Source: an uncultured bacterium
GTDB lineage: Bacteria; UBP4; UBA4092
Length of the DNA stretch: 64,000 nucleotides
NCBI GenBank assembly: GCA_964644695.1
Contig: CAZXWN010000008.1
Location: 1 to 64,000, forward strand
Direction: 5' to 3'
Position 1 is the stretch's first letter; each line of letters begins with the position of its first letter. The notes beneath the pieces are model-generated. The model had not been told where the DNA came from, searched no databases, and saw only the letters and a list, made by a program, of their open reading frames with translations. The position numbers and the translations under genes are program-made. Shown piece by piece: positions 9,326 to 19,369 of this stretch.

Positions 9326-11908
9326 ATGACTTTCAATATGGATGACTTAAATTATCAAATACAAGAAACAGTAGAGATGGGCAAGAGAAATCTTGAAACA
9401 CTCAATCTTGCGAGGAATTTCTGTAAATATTTTACGGCTGAGAAAGCACCTTGGCGTGGTTCTGGGCTGGTTGAGCAAATAACAGGGCTACCAACTGGCT
9501 TTATGATTTGTAAGTGCAAATTTGCCCGCAACCCCGGCGGAATAAGTAGCACGATATTTGAGGACGTTGCATTAAATTTTTATGAGAATAACTGTATTGA
9601 CTGTGATAAGCGTGAACCATTGAATATTCCCAATTTGTTGATGCTGGTAGAAAAGAGGAAAAAAAGAGAAAAAGAGGCTCAAATAGAGAAAGATACCAAT
9701 GAAGTTATGAAATCCAATAAATTGGCTATTCGAAAAGATAAAAGAGCTAAGTTCAAAACTTCTGATCAGTCACATAATTCAATATTAGATTTAATAGATA
9801 AAGTAGATACGAATTCTCAGGAAAACAGAAATAATCTAATTGAGACAGCAAAGATAGCGCCGGAAAAGTTTGACTCAGGCATTCAGGAGGCCCTTTTTGA
9901 TTTAATAGATACGGCAGAGTTATTAAAGGCGGAATGCGCAATACAAGTTCTAACTTTAATTGCCAATAAGGGGCAGCTACTTGAATCTGAGGGGGTAATT
10001 CCTATTGTACCTTCTAATGAGTGTAAGTCTGTTGATTTAGATAGATTATTAACTGCATCACTAAAAGCATTAGATGATGGTTCTGGTTATAGTGAGGCGG
10101 CTACAGTTATTGAGTTTTGGTTCAATAAAAGATACTGTAATCTTTTATCCAATAATGCGATTAATACATTAATTTATATTTCTTATCCGGCAAGTCCAAT
10201 GTCTTTTGTGGAGACAGGAGTTTTTAAGCGGCCCGGGCCTTTACTAAAAGTCTATGATATTTGTCCAGATAAAGTCCTATCCACTATTCAAGATCAATTA
10301 CAAATTGATGAAAAATATACAAGAATATCTGCATGTGGTGCAGCAAAGACCATTATACTAATTGATAGCCAGTTCGGCATTAAAATTTCCGATTCATTAA
10401 TTAAGTCTCTACGCCTTCGAGATGATCATTACAATGGATCCTCTGCACGTACTATTGCTACAGACATATTAGCTATGGCCTTCATCCGTAAACATAGTGA
10501 GATAGATAGGATAATACAAGAAAGCATTGAAGTAGCTGATTCTAATTTAAAAGGAGAGATATTCTCAGTTTACGGTATGGTGCTGAGTCGTAAGGAAAAT
10601 GAGGATATTCCCGAAGAAATTGTGAATTTAGCTATTAAAAGAGTTTTAGACACTCTGATTATCAGTCCCAATGATAAACGAATGGAGAAGGCTTCAAAGA
10701 TTTTGCGTTTTTTAGAACATAAAAATCTTACATGTCTAATTGGACATGAAAAGCTTTTATTGGGTGCAGCAGCACAGCTTTCTCAAGAACTAGAGTCCCC
10801 CAACAATACAATTATCGAGCCAGGACTTGATAGTGTCGCTAAGTTTTTTGAAATACAATCTAAACATATGCATCTCAACTCTGCATTAGATTCAATTAGT
10901 AGAATTATAGGAGATTTAGGCGCTTTATATCCCCTATCCATAGGTAACGAGGTTGTACAACATATCAATAATCTTAAAGATAGAAATTTTCGATTTAAGA
11001 GTATGCTTATAACCTCTCTTGGGCGTATTGGATCCACAAACGAAGGCTTGCCATTAGTTTTACCAATTCTTTATTCTGGATTTGTTGACAATAATGTATT
11101 GGTTAGGCATTCAGCAATTAAAGCCTATGGAAAATTAATGGTAAACAATTCGGACAGCCTACCTACAATATTACACGAGTTGTTTTGCGCTTCATTAAGT
11201 GATCCATATGTAATAGTTCATAAGCAGGCTGTTTATACATTAATGGAATTGTATCATTTTAAAGAAGACTATGTTTCTATAATAAAAAATAATTTACTAT
11301 TATTAATACTTACCTATTATCAAAACCGTAGCGACTTAAGTTTTCTTTCAGAATGTATTAAGGAATTACTTAGATTCCAACCAATTAATTTAAAACTTGC
11401 GAAATTTGTCTTAGGTAAAGTTCATATTCTAGATCCTTATGATAGAGTTAGTGTATTACGCTGTTACAGTGGAAAATTAAGAGAAATTGAGGGTTTCTCT
11501 TTCGAAATAGCAAAGTTGTTAAGTGAAGAGTATTTATATGATCTAAATTTGGATGAAGTTGTGGAAATGATTAAAGATTTACCTGAAGTTGAAATATCTA
11601 AAATCGGTGATGTCTTAGAATCAGGTATTAAAAAGTTAATTAACCATAGACTTTACTATATTTCATTAGAAATAATTGAATTTTTGTCATTAGCCTCATG
11701 CTGGGATACGGTTTTAAGAGTAATCGATTTCTTTGTTAATTCAATTGAAGACACAATTCCAAACAAAGATTTAAAACTGAGGGTACAATCTTATCAAATA
11801 GCCTGTAGATTAGAATCAGCTATTTTTCTAAAAAACAGCAACGAAATTGAGAGATACTGTCACGAATGGAATTTTATTTTAGATAGGATAGAAAAAATTC
11901 AACAATGA
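9326..11908 (+). CDS. Large alpha-solenoid (HEAT/ARM-like) protein with a Cys-rich N-terminus
   Basis: FCKYF..CKCKF..CIDC near the N-terminus; HEAT-like units EKYTRISACGA, NVLVRHSAIKAYG, DPYVIVHKQAV. Confidence 0.75.
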   Translation: MTFNMDDLNYQIQETVEMGKRNLETLNLARNFCKYFTAEKAPWRGSGLVEQITGLPTGFMICKCKFARNPGGISSTIFEDVALNFYENNCIDCDKREPLNIPNLLMLVEKRKKREKEAQIEKDTNEVMKSNKLAIRKDKRAKFKTSDQSHNSILDLIDKVDTNSQENRNNLIETAKIAPEKFDSGIQEALFDLIDTAELLKAECAIQVLTLIANKGQLLESEGVIPIVPSNECKSVDLDRLLTASLKALDDGSGYSEAATVIEFWFNKRYCNLLSNNAINTLIYISYPASPMSFVETGVFKRPGPLLKVYDICPDKVLSTIQDQLQIDEKYTRISACGAAKTIILIDSQFGIKISDSLIKSLRLRDDHYNGSSARTIATDILAMAFIRKHSEIDRIIQESIEVADSNLKGEIFSVYGMVLSRKENEDIPEEIVNLAIKRVLDTLIISPNDKRMEKASKILRFLEHKNLTCLIGHEKLLLGAAAQLSQELESPNNTIIEPGLDSVAKFFEIQSKHMHLNSALDSISRIIGDLGALYPLSIGNEVVQHINNLKDRNFRFKSMLITSLGRIGSTNEGLPLVLPILYSGFVDNNVLVRHSAIKAYGKLMVNNSDSLPTILHELFCASLSDPYVIVHKQAVYTLMELYHFKEDYVSIIKNNLLLLILTYYQNRSDLSFLSECIKELLRFQPINLKLAKFVLGKVHILDPYDRVSVLRCYSGKLREIEGFSFEIAKLLSEEYLYDLNLDEVVEMIKDLPEVEISKIGDVLESGIKKLINHRLYYISLEIIEFLSLASCWDTVLRVIDFFVNSIEDTIPNKDLKLRVQSYQIACRLESAIFLKNSNEIERYCHEWNFILDRIEKIQQ

Positions 11909-13359
11909 GAATACAGAGTGATGATATTTTTTTAGAGGCATATAATTCCCGGGTTAATATTGTTAGATCCCTATCTAAAATAAAGGATGAATCCGATTCA
12001 GAGTCCTTAGTTAATAGTATCCTTAATGACATTGATAGAATAATTGAATTGTTAGGCAAGAATCCTATTAGCAGAGTATATCTCGCTTATAAAGACTTAG
12101 TGGTCGCTTACCAATGCTTGGCACAATGGAAAAAGGCAATAAGAAATGCAACAGTGGATGCCGATCGTTTTCATAGGGCATACATGGAAAATGTTAAAGA
12201 TGCAAGAAAAAAGATTAAAGAATTAAGATATGCCAAGGAGTTATTTAATATTCTTTCCTTGATGGAGACGATCAATACTACTGATGATATTAATATGGCA
12301 TTAGAATCTTTGTCGTCTTTATCGCTTCCATTACCCATTTATCGAGAACTAAAACCAGAATTGAAGAATAACCACCATTCAGGATTGAATGGAAGTGAAG
12401 AAAAAGAGATTGTTGCCTTTTTGGAGTTCAAAGTTAACAATGAAAACCTCCAATTTCCACATATTATAGAACCAAATAAGTTATATGACTTAAATATTAA
12501 AATTCGTATTAATAAATGGGCAAATAACGCAGAAAAGATAATAATCCAGCCGTTATCAAGTATTTCACCAGAGAACTATGAGATGCCAACTTTTGAGTTT
12601 CCTAAAGATGAGTCAATAAACACTTATCAGCAAACAAAAAAAATGTGCTTAAAGGTTGAGCAGTCGCTTGAATCTCAACCATTAGAATTTGTATATCAAG
12701 CATATTTACTTCCTATGAACCTTACTGTTTCTATTACTGGCATGAATAGAATAAATATTAGAAGTGAATCGGATGGAAAACTTTTAATATCAGGATATGA
12801 GATTGCAGATAGATCCTTATCCTCAATACGGAGAACCCTATACAAAGAACCAAGTCTTTCGCAAAAGCAAAAAAGGAATTTTTTACTAATAATGAAACAT
12901 CTGGCCAATATCGCAGGTCAAGCATTGGCTTCTAACGACTTTCCTAATGACTGGGAGGAGAAAAACTTTCAACATGAAATTAGAAAAAGGTTACGTCAAA
13001 TACCTGAAATAGGAAGTGATTTGCTTGAACATCCTCATGCTGCCGGAGGCATTACCGATCTTTTCTTTAACAAGTTGCACCTTGAATTGAAAGTTGTCAA
13101 AGATTATTTGGTTACTTTAGATAATGCTGTTTCATTTTCACAACAAGCAGCTCAATATACGACAGGTTGTGATAATCAATTAGGAGTTATATGTATTTTG
13201 GATTGTTCTGAAAAAAAAGAAGCACCTGGTTCGTTAGCAAATGATATTGGTTTAAAATATATACCTGCACCAGGTGTTACAACAAGTGGTTTTCCTTTGA
13301 TATTGGGTGTGATCATAATTAGAGGCAATTTACCCCCTCCCAGTTCATTCAGTAAATAA
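11905..13359 (+). CDS. Protein with a C-terminal restriction-endonuclease-like PD-(D/E)XK domain
   Basis: EKNFQ...GGITDL...LELK...QAAQY...GVICILD; ATGA overlap with the upstream gene. Confidence 0.7.
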   Translation: MRIQSDDIFLEAYNSRVNIVRSLSKIKDESDSESLVNSILNDIDRIIELLGKNPISRVYLAYKDLVVAYQCLAQWKKAIRNATVDADRFHRAYMENVKDARKKIKELRYAKELFNILSLMETINTTDDINMALESLSSLSLPLPIYRELKPELKNNHHSGLNGSEEKEIVAFLEFKVNNENLQFPHIIEPNKLYDLNIKIRINKWANNAEKIIIQPLSSISPENYEMPTFEFPKDESINTYQQTKKMCLKVEQSLESQPLEFVYQAYLLPMNLTVSITGMNRINIRSESDGKLLISGYEIADRSLSSIRRTLYKEPSLSQKQKRNFLLIMKHLANIAGQALASNDFPNDWEEKNFQHEIRKRLRQIPEIGSDLLEHPHAAGGITDLFFNKLHLELKVVKDYLVTLDNAVSFSQQAAQYTTGCDNQLGVICILDCSEKKEAPGSLANDIGLKYIPAPGVTTSGFPLILGVIIIRGNLPPPSSFSK

Positions 13360-13373
13360 ATATCATTCTTAAA

Positions 13374-15479
13374 TTAATTCGAACATTTCCCAAGATTGGT
13401 TCTTAATAATGAACTTCTATTTGTCCAAAACGGCCCGAGTACCGACGACTCAATTACTTTCTGACTTACACTAGGATTAGTATATTTCGAGCAAGGACAA
13501 GATTCATACTCAGCACCGCAGTTAGAACATTGAGAGCTTTTGATAATATTAGCAATCGCAGCGGATAATTCTCCAGATTGGATTTTTGCACATAGGCTCA
13601 CATTATCTTCCGGTATGAGATAATCCATTAGTAGTTGCTTTTCACTTGGCTTAAAACAATATTCATCTGGATTCAAAAAACACCTTTTAAATTCTAGAAT
13701 ACCTGTATCTTGCATGATATTTTGAAGTTTGGGTTTATCCATTGAATTTGGATAGATAATTGCCAAAATTTTTGCAGCATTTTCACACCATTCCCCCAAT
13801 TGTTGAACATTCGATGGCAATGTGGAATAAGGAGATTGGTACCACATTGCTAAATCTTGAATATGTCCCGCAAAAGATAATACAACATCTCTATCTTCAT
13901 ATTGTATTTCCAAGGTGTATGATAGGATTCTATCTATTCCTTTATGGTTCCATGTAGAACATAATTGTTTTACAGCATCTTGTGTTTTTATTGCAAGCTT
14001 TACGGCATTTAAACCAGTATGATGTACTGTTGGGAAATTAGTTACTGCATCTTCGAATGCAATTTCGGTTAAATATTCGGGCATTTCAATTGACTCATGC
14101 ATATGATGAAGGATTTTTATTAGTTCAAAGGTATCCGCCTCTACATAAGGAATAATCTGAGCATTTCTTCGTATTTGACTATGAGATTTAATAAAGCGTT
14201 CGCTGGAAGAACCTTTAATCTGTGGAGAATACGAGACAGCAATACGAATTCCCTCATCTTTATTTAAATTACAAGGTATGTATTCTTCTAGTGGAAAATT
14301 ATTTTTTGAATCACTTAATTGAGGTTCTACGTGGTCAGTTACCTCAACACCTTTAAAGTATTCACCCACCAGATGGTTGTCTCTATAGTAATGAGTAATG
14401 AGTTCTTTCCAAAAAGGAATGCTTATAACACCATCAATCCTCCATAGTTTTGTATATTCTGATTTGCGTTCTACATGGTCTATAGTTTTATCTAATCGTT
14501 GAATCATTGTCGCTTCAGTATACATTCTTATCGCACCATCTAAATGGGTTGGAGCTAATGTAGTTGTGTCCAACATGGAGTGGACAAATCGACACCCAAA
14601 TCTGTCGTTTCCTATCCCTATACTTGGGAGATCGCGAATTTCTTCACATTCAAAAGTCCTCTTTGAATCCTGAATATACCAGCCAAATTCGGTCCTGGAA
14701 ATACCATGATAAAATTTCATTTCTTCTGATGCATTATGAACCGTTACTCCAGTAGGAATAGACTCCAAATCAGATGTAAACCTCGGACCCCACCAATACT
14801 CCAATTCTATTGATGGACGAAAAGTAGTAGCTAATCCAATCATATCTTCATCTAATGCAATTCGGATATTTAAGCCCTTTTCATCCTCAATGCTCAATAG
14901 TGTTTTAAAAAAAGGAACATTTAATGTATTGTGACGAGAAAGTGAACGTCGAAAAAACGGATGCGCAAATAACAATAATCCATTCTTTTCAAATACGCCT
15001 GGGTATTTTTGGTTCAATAACCGAATTGGAATAAGACCATCATCATCCTTTTGGGAAAAAATCTCAGGAAATGCCTTTTTTGCTAATCCTTCACTGCATA
15101 TCGAAGCACTATCAGCACAAAACGCATCTTCATTACCCGTCAGATGAGGACTTAATAACTTTTCAAACTCATTCATGTGCGGTGCAACTGTTTCTTTAAT
15201 ATGCTTTTTAAAACGTTTACTTGCAACGCTATCTATAAATACTCTCTCATTTTCGTTATCTGGAATTAGACATCTACCTACCAAACGAACAAGTCCTGGT
15301 TCGATATACAGAGATCTTCCATGCGTCCAACCCATACAACGGTGATAATCATGACTTAGATATAAAGGAATACCATATTCCCATGATTGATCTAAACAGG
15401 ACGCTAGGCAACTTACAGTAAACTCACTACCATATCGATTAACTTGGTTACTGTTAAAAACTGCAAGAAAATTTTTCAT
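13374..15479 (-). CDS. 701-aa hypothetical protein with a C-terminal CxxC...CxC motif; ends resemble phage prohead protease segments
   Basis: Long AT-rich ORF; N-terminal NRYG..F...PLYLSHD...G; C-terminal KIQSGEL...CSNCG...CPC. Confidence 0.7.
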   Translation of the reverse strand: MKNFLAVFNSNQVNRYGSEFTVSCLASCLDQSWEYGIPLYLSHDYHRCMGWTHGRSLYIEPGLVRLVGRCLIPDNENERVFIDSVASKRFKKHIKETVAPHMNEFEKLLSPHLTGNEDAFCADSASICSEGLAKKAFPEIFSQKDDDGLIPIRLLNQKYPGVFEKNGLLLFAHPFFRRSLSRHNTLNVPFFKTLLSIEDEKGLNIRIALDEDMIGLATTFRPSIELEYWWGPRFTSDLESIPTGVTVHNASEEMKFYHGISRTEFGWYIQDSKRTFECEEIRDLPSIGIGNDRFGCRFVHSMLDTTTLAPTHLDGAIRMYTEATMIQRLDKTIDHVERKSEYTKLWRIDGVISIPFWKELITHYYRDNHLVGEYFKGVEVTDHVEPQLSDSKNNFPLEEYIPCNLNKDEGIRIAVSYSPQIKGSSSERFIKSHSQIRRNAQIIPYVEADTFELIKILHHMHESIEMPEYLTEIAFEDAVTNFPTVHHTGLNAVKLAIKTQDAVKQLCSTWNHKGIDRILSYTLEIQYEDRDVVLSFAGHIQDLAMWYQSPYSTLPSNVQQLGEWCENAAKILAIIYPNSMDKPKLQNIMQDTGILEFKRCFLNPDEYCFKPSEKQLLMDYLIPEDNVSLCAKIQSGELSAAIANIIKSSQCSNCGAEYESCPCSKYTNPSVSQKVIESSVLGPFWTNRSSLLRTNLGKCSN

Positions 15480-15508
15480 ATTATATTCTTAGGATAATAT
15501 CATTCTGG

Positions 15509-15646
15509 TGTCCAAATAGTGTCCATAAGAAAGCTAAAATAAGTATAATTGAGATAACAGAAACATATCAAGAAACAAAGGTAAGATATTAATAAAAAAA
15601 GACTTATGCTGATTTCATTACACTTGCATAAGTCTTCTAAATCGGA
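15509..15646. mobile_element. att-arm-like region next to the tRNA fragment
   Basis: Direct repeat GTGTCCA-AATA-GTGTCCA (about 15509-15526), resembling tyrosine-integrase arm sites; inverted repeat AAGACTTATGC..GCATAAGTCTT (15599-15636) followed by a T run on the minus strand. Confidence 0.6.
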
Positions 15647-15684
15647 TTACGAAACCGTTGCTCTACCAGCTGAGCTACTTCAGC
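15647..15684 (-). pseudogene. 5' half of tRNA-Thr(CGT), truncated after the anticodon loop (att remnant)
   Basis: Minus strand reads GCTGAAGTAGCTCAGCTGGTAGAGCAACGGT-TTCGTAA: acceptor 5' strand, D arm and CGT anticodon. No T arm (GTTC) and no 3' acceptor strand follow. Confidence 0.85.
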
Positions 15685-15804
15685 ACCAATCGTGGACTTT
15701 ATATTTTAACCGAAATAGGCGTCTTGGGAAAGATAACAATATACTTCAATGGATAAATTTATGTAGCAATTTATGATTATTACTCCACTTTATGAACACT
15801 CTAG

Positions 15805-18039
15805 TTATTTCACATACTTGAGGATTTTATCTAAGACACAATATGTTTCAGGAACATCAAGTTTTGTTGTGATAAAGTTTAGTTCTCTCAGTGGTTCATT
15901 AAGAAATTTGTCGTGCTTTTCAAATACCTTTTGTTCTATTTTTAAGGCCATTTCATGAGAATCTATCAACTTTTCTTTTATGACACGACTTAAATAATCT
16001 GCGATCATCTCCACTTCAACATCATGAATAGTAAGTGAGATGCTATCATATTCAACCTTAAATTTTTTCGTTATTAAAAAAAGAGCTAGTGTATACATAA
16101 CCTTATCCCCACACCAGGGAAAGATCATTGTAGCATTTGATAATTGAACAAAATATTTATCAAATAAACCATATTTATTGAAAGAAGAGACCCCTTCATC
16201 AAATAGTTTTAATGCATCAACATTCAGGTATTTAGGTGCTAAATTAGACCGATATATTTGGTACATTCCCTCTCGAATTTTACTATCAATATTTATTCCG
16301 GCCCCATAGAATACTGGAGGCTTTCCACCTTTTGCTGGAATCATATAGACAATCATTTTCTCTGAATCGACAGAGGTCACTTTCCAATATTTACCAGCAA
16401 ATATTAGGAACATATCTGCTACCGGTGGAAAGAATATTGGCATGGTACCTAAAAAATTATTATCTGCATAAAGTTTGTATTCATCAGGAGTTGTAAAAGC
16501 ACTGTAAAAATCATAGTCATTTACCAAACGTTCACCAGCCCAACCAAGTACAATTTCGCCACTTGTTGTTTGATTGATTAAACTATACTCTCCCATAGAG
16601 CGTAAAACAGCAGAAAACATTTCTGAAGAAACTTGATCAAAGGGCCCTGTTTCGCATAAAGTTTTCCAGGTTATATAAGCATTTACAGCTCCATATTGGC
16701 AAATCATAGACAGTATCTGTTGGATTAATGTTGAAAAATGGTAATTATTACTATTGGGAGATTCAACCCAACCTTCTAACAAAAGATTGACAACAGCAAT
16801 AGTCTGAAATAATTCAGCCCTAAGACTATCTTGAGGCCTTACTTTTTCACTCATTTTTTCTTCTGTTATGTAAATACGCAAAATTGAAGGTTCCCCACGT
16901 CGACCAGAACGGCCTAAGCGTTGCCGTAAACTAGATACTGATGGGGGTGTCCCAATTTGGGCAATACTTTTTACTGTTCCAATATCAATACCCATCTCCA
17001 AAGTAGCTGTACAAATAGCTGTTGCTGGTCTTGATTTATCTTTTAGAAAAGTTTCAGTCTCTTCTCGTATTGCCTTTGAAAGGTTTCCATGGTGCGGATA
17101 AAATTCGCGAGGCATATTGTGTAAATCACAAAGAGAGGTAAGCTTTGCCGTATAAATTTCAGTAACTGCCTTTTGGTTAGTGAAAATTAAATTTGTATTA
17201 CCCCGAAGTGTGGAAAACAAGTGTTCTGTTATTCGGTTAACTGCATTATTATATTCATCAACAGGAGGGGGTGACACAGATATTCCGGCTGAAACCAATA
17301 AGTTAGGTGATTCATAACCACGAACTTGAAGATGAATGTCTTGCTTTCCCAGCGATGACTTAATTGGAATGAATGGATAAACTACATTGGGTCTTAAAAA
17401 TTCCTTAGCATAATCCATATTTCCCAATGTAGCGCTTAAACCAATTCGGGGGATGCGTTTTTTTGTCACAGTTTCAACCCTATGGAGCAAAGACTGTAAT
17501 TGCCGCCCTCTCTCAGTTCCAATAAATGAATGTAACTCATCAATCACTACATATTGAAGATTTCTAAATAATAAAGGTATTATTGTTCCATGTATCATGA
17601 AAATTGCTTCCAATGACTCTGGAGTAATAATAAGTATTTTTGACGGTTTTTTTAGAAACTTTTTTTTCCGGTCTGATGATACATCTCCATGCCATTTAAA
17701 AACAGCTATATCAAGAGTCTCTCCAAATTTACTAAGTCGATCATACTGATCATTTATAAGTGCTTTCAGAGGACTTACATAAAGACATTGAATTCCTTGT
17801 GCATCGTCACCGATTAATTTAGAAAATATCGGCAGGAAAGCTGCCTCAGTTTTACCTGCTGCAGTAGAGGCAGAAATAATAACATCAGTATTAGCAGACA
17901 ATATTGGAGATACTGCTGCTTCCTGTGCATCTCTTAATTCTGTCCAATTTTGTTCCCACAACCAGCGTTGTACTTTTTCATGCAGTTTGTAGAAAGCAAC
18001 CGATTCTTGATCTTTAGAGCTTGAATGTGGTGAGGTCAT
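15805..18039 (-). CDS. sngC: Lhr-like DEAD/DEAH helicase (Shango SngC-like)
   Basis: TAAGKT, DELH, SAT, HHGNLS, TATLEMGIDIG, QRLGRSGRR. Confidence 0.85.
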   Translation of the reverse strand: MTSPHSSSKDQESVAFYKLHEKVQRWLWEQNWTELRDAQEAAVSPILSANTDVIISASTAAGKTEAAFLPIFSKLIGDDAQGIQCLYVSPLKALINDQYDRLSKFGETLDIAVFKWHGDVSSDRKKKFLKKPSKILIITPESLEAIFMIHGTIIPLLFRNLQYVVIDELHSFIGTERGRQLQSLLHRVETVTKKRIPRIGLSATLGNMDYAKEFLRPNVVYPFIPIKSSLGKQDIHLQVRGYESPNLLVSAGISVSPPPVDEYNNAVNRITEHLFSTLRGNTNLIFTNQKAVTEIYTAKLTSLCDLHNMPREFYPHHGNLSKAIREETETFLKDKSRPATAICTATLEMGIDIGTVKSIAQIGTPPSVSSLRQRLGRSGRRGEPSILRIYITEEKMSEKVRPQDSLRAELFQTIAVVNLLLEGWVESPNSNNYHFSTLIQQILSMICQYGAVNAYITWKTLCETGPFDQVSSEMFSAVLRSMGEYSLINQTTSGEIVLGWAGERLVNDYDFYSAFTTPDEYKLYADNNFLGTMPIFFPPVADMFLIFAGKYWKVTSVDSEKMIVYMIPAKGGKPPVFYGAGINIDSKIREGMYQIYRSNLAPKYLNVDALKLFDEGVSSFNKYGLFDKYFVQLSNATMIFPWCGDKVMYTLALFLITKKFKVEYDSISLTIHDVEVEMIADYLSRVIKEKLIDSHEMALKIEQKVFEKHDKFLNEPLRELNFITTKLDVPETYCVLDKILKYVK

Positions 18040-19369
18040 TATCTGTACTAATTTTACTTACTCCATTTGATGTTTCATTTAGAGATAACTCATCGACAAA
18101 CACGTCATCTTGTACAGTCTCAACATCCTGCTCAACTTGAATATCCTTAAGCATGTTTTCCCATGACAAAAAGGTGTTTTTCTCTAAAACACTAAGAAGA
18201 TCAATAAAAGAACGGGTAGTACTTCGTGGAGTACGAAAATAGGCGTCTCCAATTCTCTTGGAACAATGAGACATAAATGCTGTAAGAGCTTCATCTGGAA
18301 CCAAATATTTAGAAGAATCTCCCACAGCATAAACATGTCTTAATTTTGTCAGTAATATATATAAATCTTCCTTGGTTAAGTTAGCTAAACGAACAACGGG
18401 CCCACTTTGATCTATGATTCCAGCCGTTTTTGCAAAAGTATTTTCTGCCAATCTTGTTTGAAGTGCTTGATAACTATAAAGACCTCTTCGGGTATCCATT
18501 AAGAATTCCGGGGTTCCACAGAAAATAAACCCAATATTAGTAGTTGCTCCCTGCAAGCAGTCATTTAAGATTCTAAGAATCTGTTCATAGTTAGCGTTTC
18601 TTGCTTGTGTATTAGCAAGTTTATATAGGTTTACCATTTCATCTAAGCCAATTAACAACCCACTGTAACCAGCCAATTTAATAAATATTGCCATTAATTT
18701 TAAATAATCATATATATTTGCATCATCAATGATAGTTCTAACTCCTAAAGCGGCTTTTGCATCCGTCTTAGTTGTATACTCCGCTCTAAGCCAACGTATA
18801 GCATCACTTTTTAACTGTTCATTTCCCATATCGTAAGCTTTCCAATATGACGAAATAACATGTGCAAAATCATATCCACCAGACATCTCACTAAGAATAG
18901 ACAAACGTTCGTATATTACAGATTCTACAGGCTGTTGTTTTTCTTTGGATTCGGTCAAAGCAGAACATATAAAACGTTCAACAATACTTGGCAATGCGCC
19001 ACCATCAGGCTTCGTACGGGTAGATAAGTTTTTCATCAGCTCTACAAATAAATTTCTAGCTTGCCCACCAGTAGCATGTATACGACGATCTGGAGTTAAA
19101 TCAGCATGTGCAGTGACTACATTTTTTTCAATTGCTATAGAACGTACAAGATGAAGAAAAAATGTCTTACCTGATCCATATTCACCAATAATAAACCTTA
19201 TAGAAGAACCCCCATCCGAAATTCTGTTTATGTCCATGAGAAGACTCTCTATTTCAAGGACTCTACCAACCTGGATATGCTGCAAACCAATGCGCGGAAC
19301 AACACCTGCTCGCAAGGATTGAATAATAGTATCTCTTTCCTTTTGTCGTATTTTTATATTTGTCATCAT
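18014..19369 (-). CDS. sngB: DUF2791/BrxD-like P-loop ATPase (Shango SngB-like)
   Basis: SLRAGVVP, GEYGSGKT, LLIGLDE, SYQALQTRL. Confidence 0.85.
   Translation of the reverse strand: MMTNIKIRQKERDTIIQSLRAGVVPRIGLQHIQVGRVLEIESLLMDINRISDGGSSIRFIIGEYGSGKTFFLHLVRSIAIEKNVVTAHADLTPDRRIHATGGQARNLFVELMKNLSTRTKPDGGALPSIVERFICSALTESKEKQQPVESVIYERLSILSEMSGGYDFAHVISSYWKAYDMGNEQLKSDAIRWLRAEYTTKTDAKAALGVRTIIDDANIYDYLKLMAIFIKLAGYSGLLIGLDEMVNLYKLANTQARNANYEQILRILNDCLQGATTNIGFIFCGTPEFLMDTRRGLYSYQALQTRLAENTFAKTAGIIDQSGPVVRLANLTKEDLYILLTKLRHVYAVGDSSKYLVPDEALTAFMSHCSKRIGDAYFRTPRSTTRSFIDLLSVLEKNTFLSWENMLKDIQVEQDVETVQDDVFVDELSLNETSNGVSKISTDNDLTTFKL

Noticed and set aside
15647-15684. Intact tRNA-Thr gene
   Set aside because: No T arm or 3' acceptor strand; only the 5' half is present.
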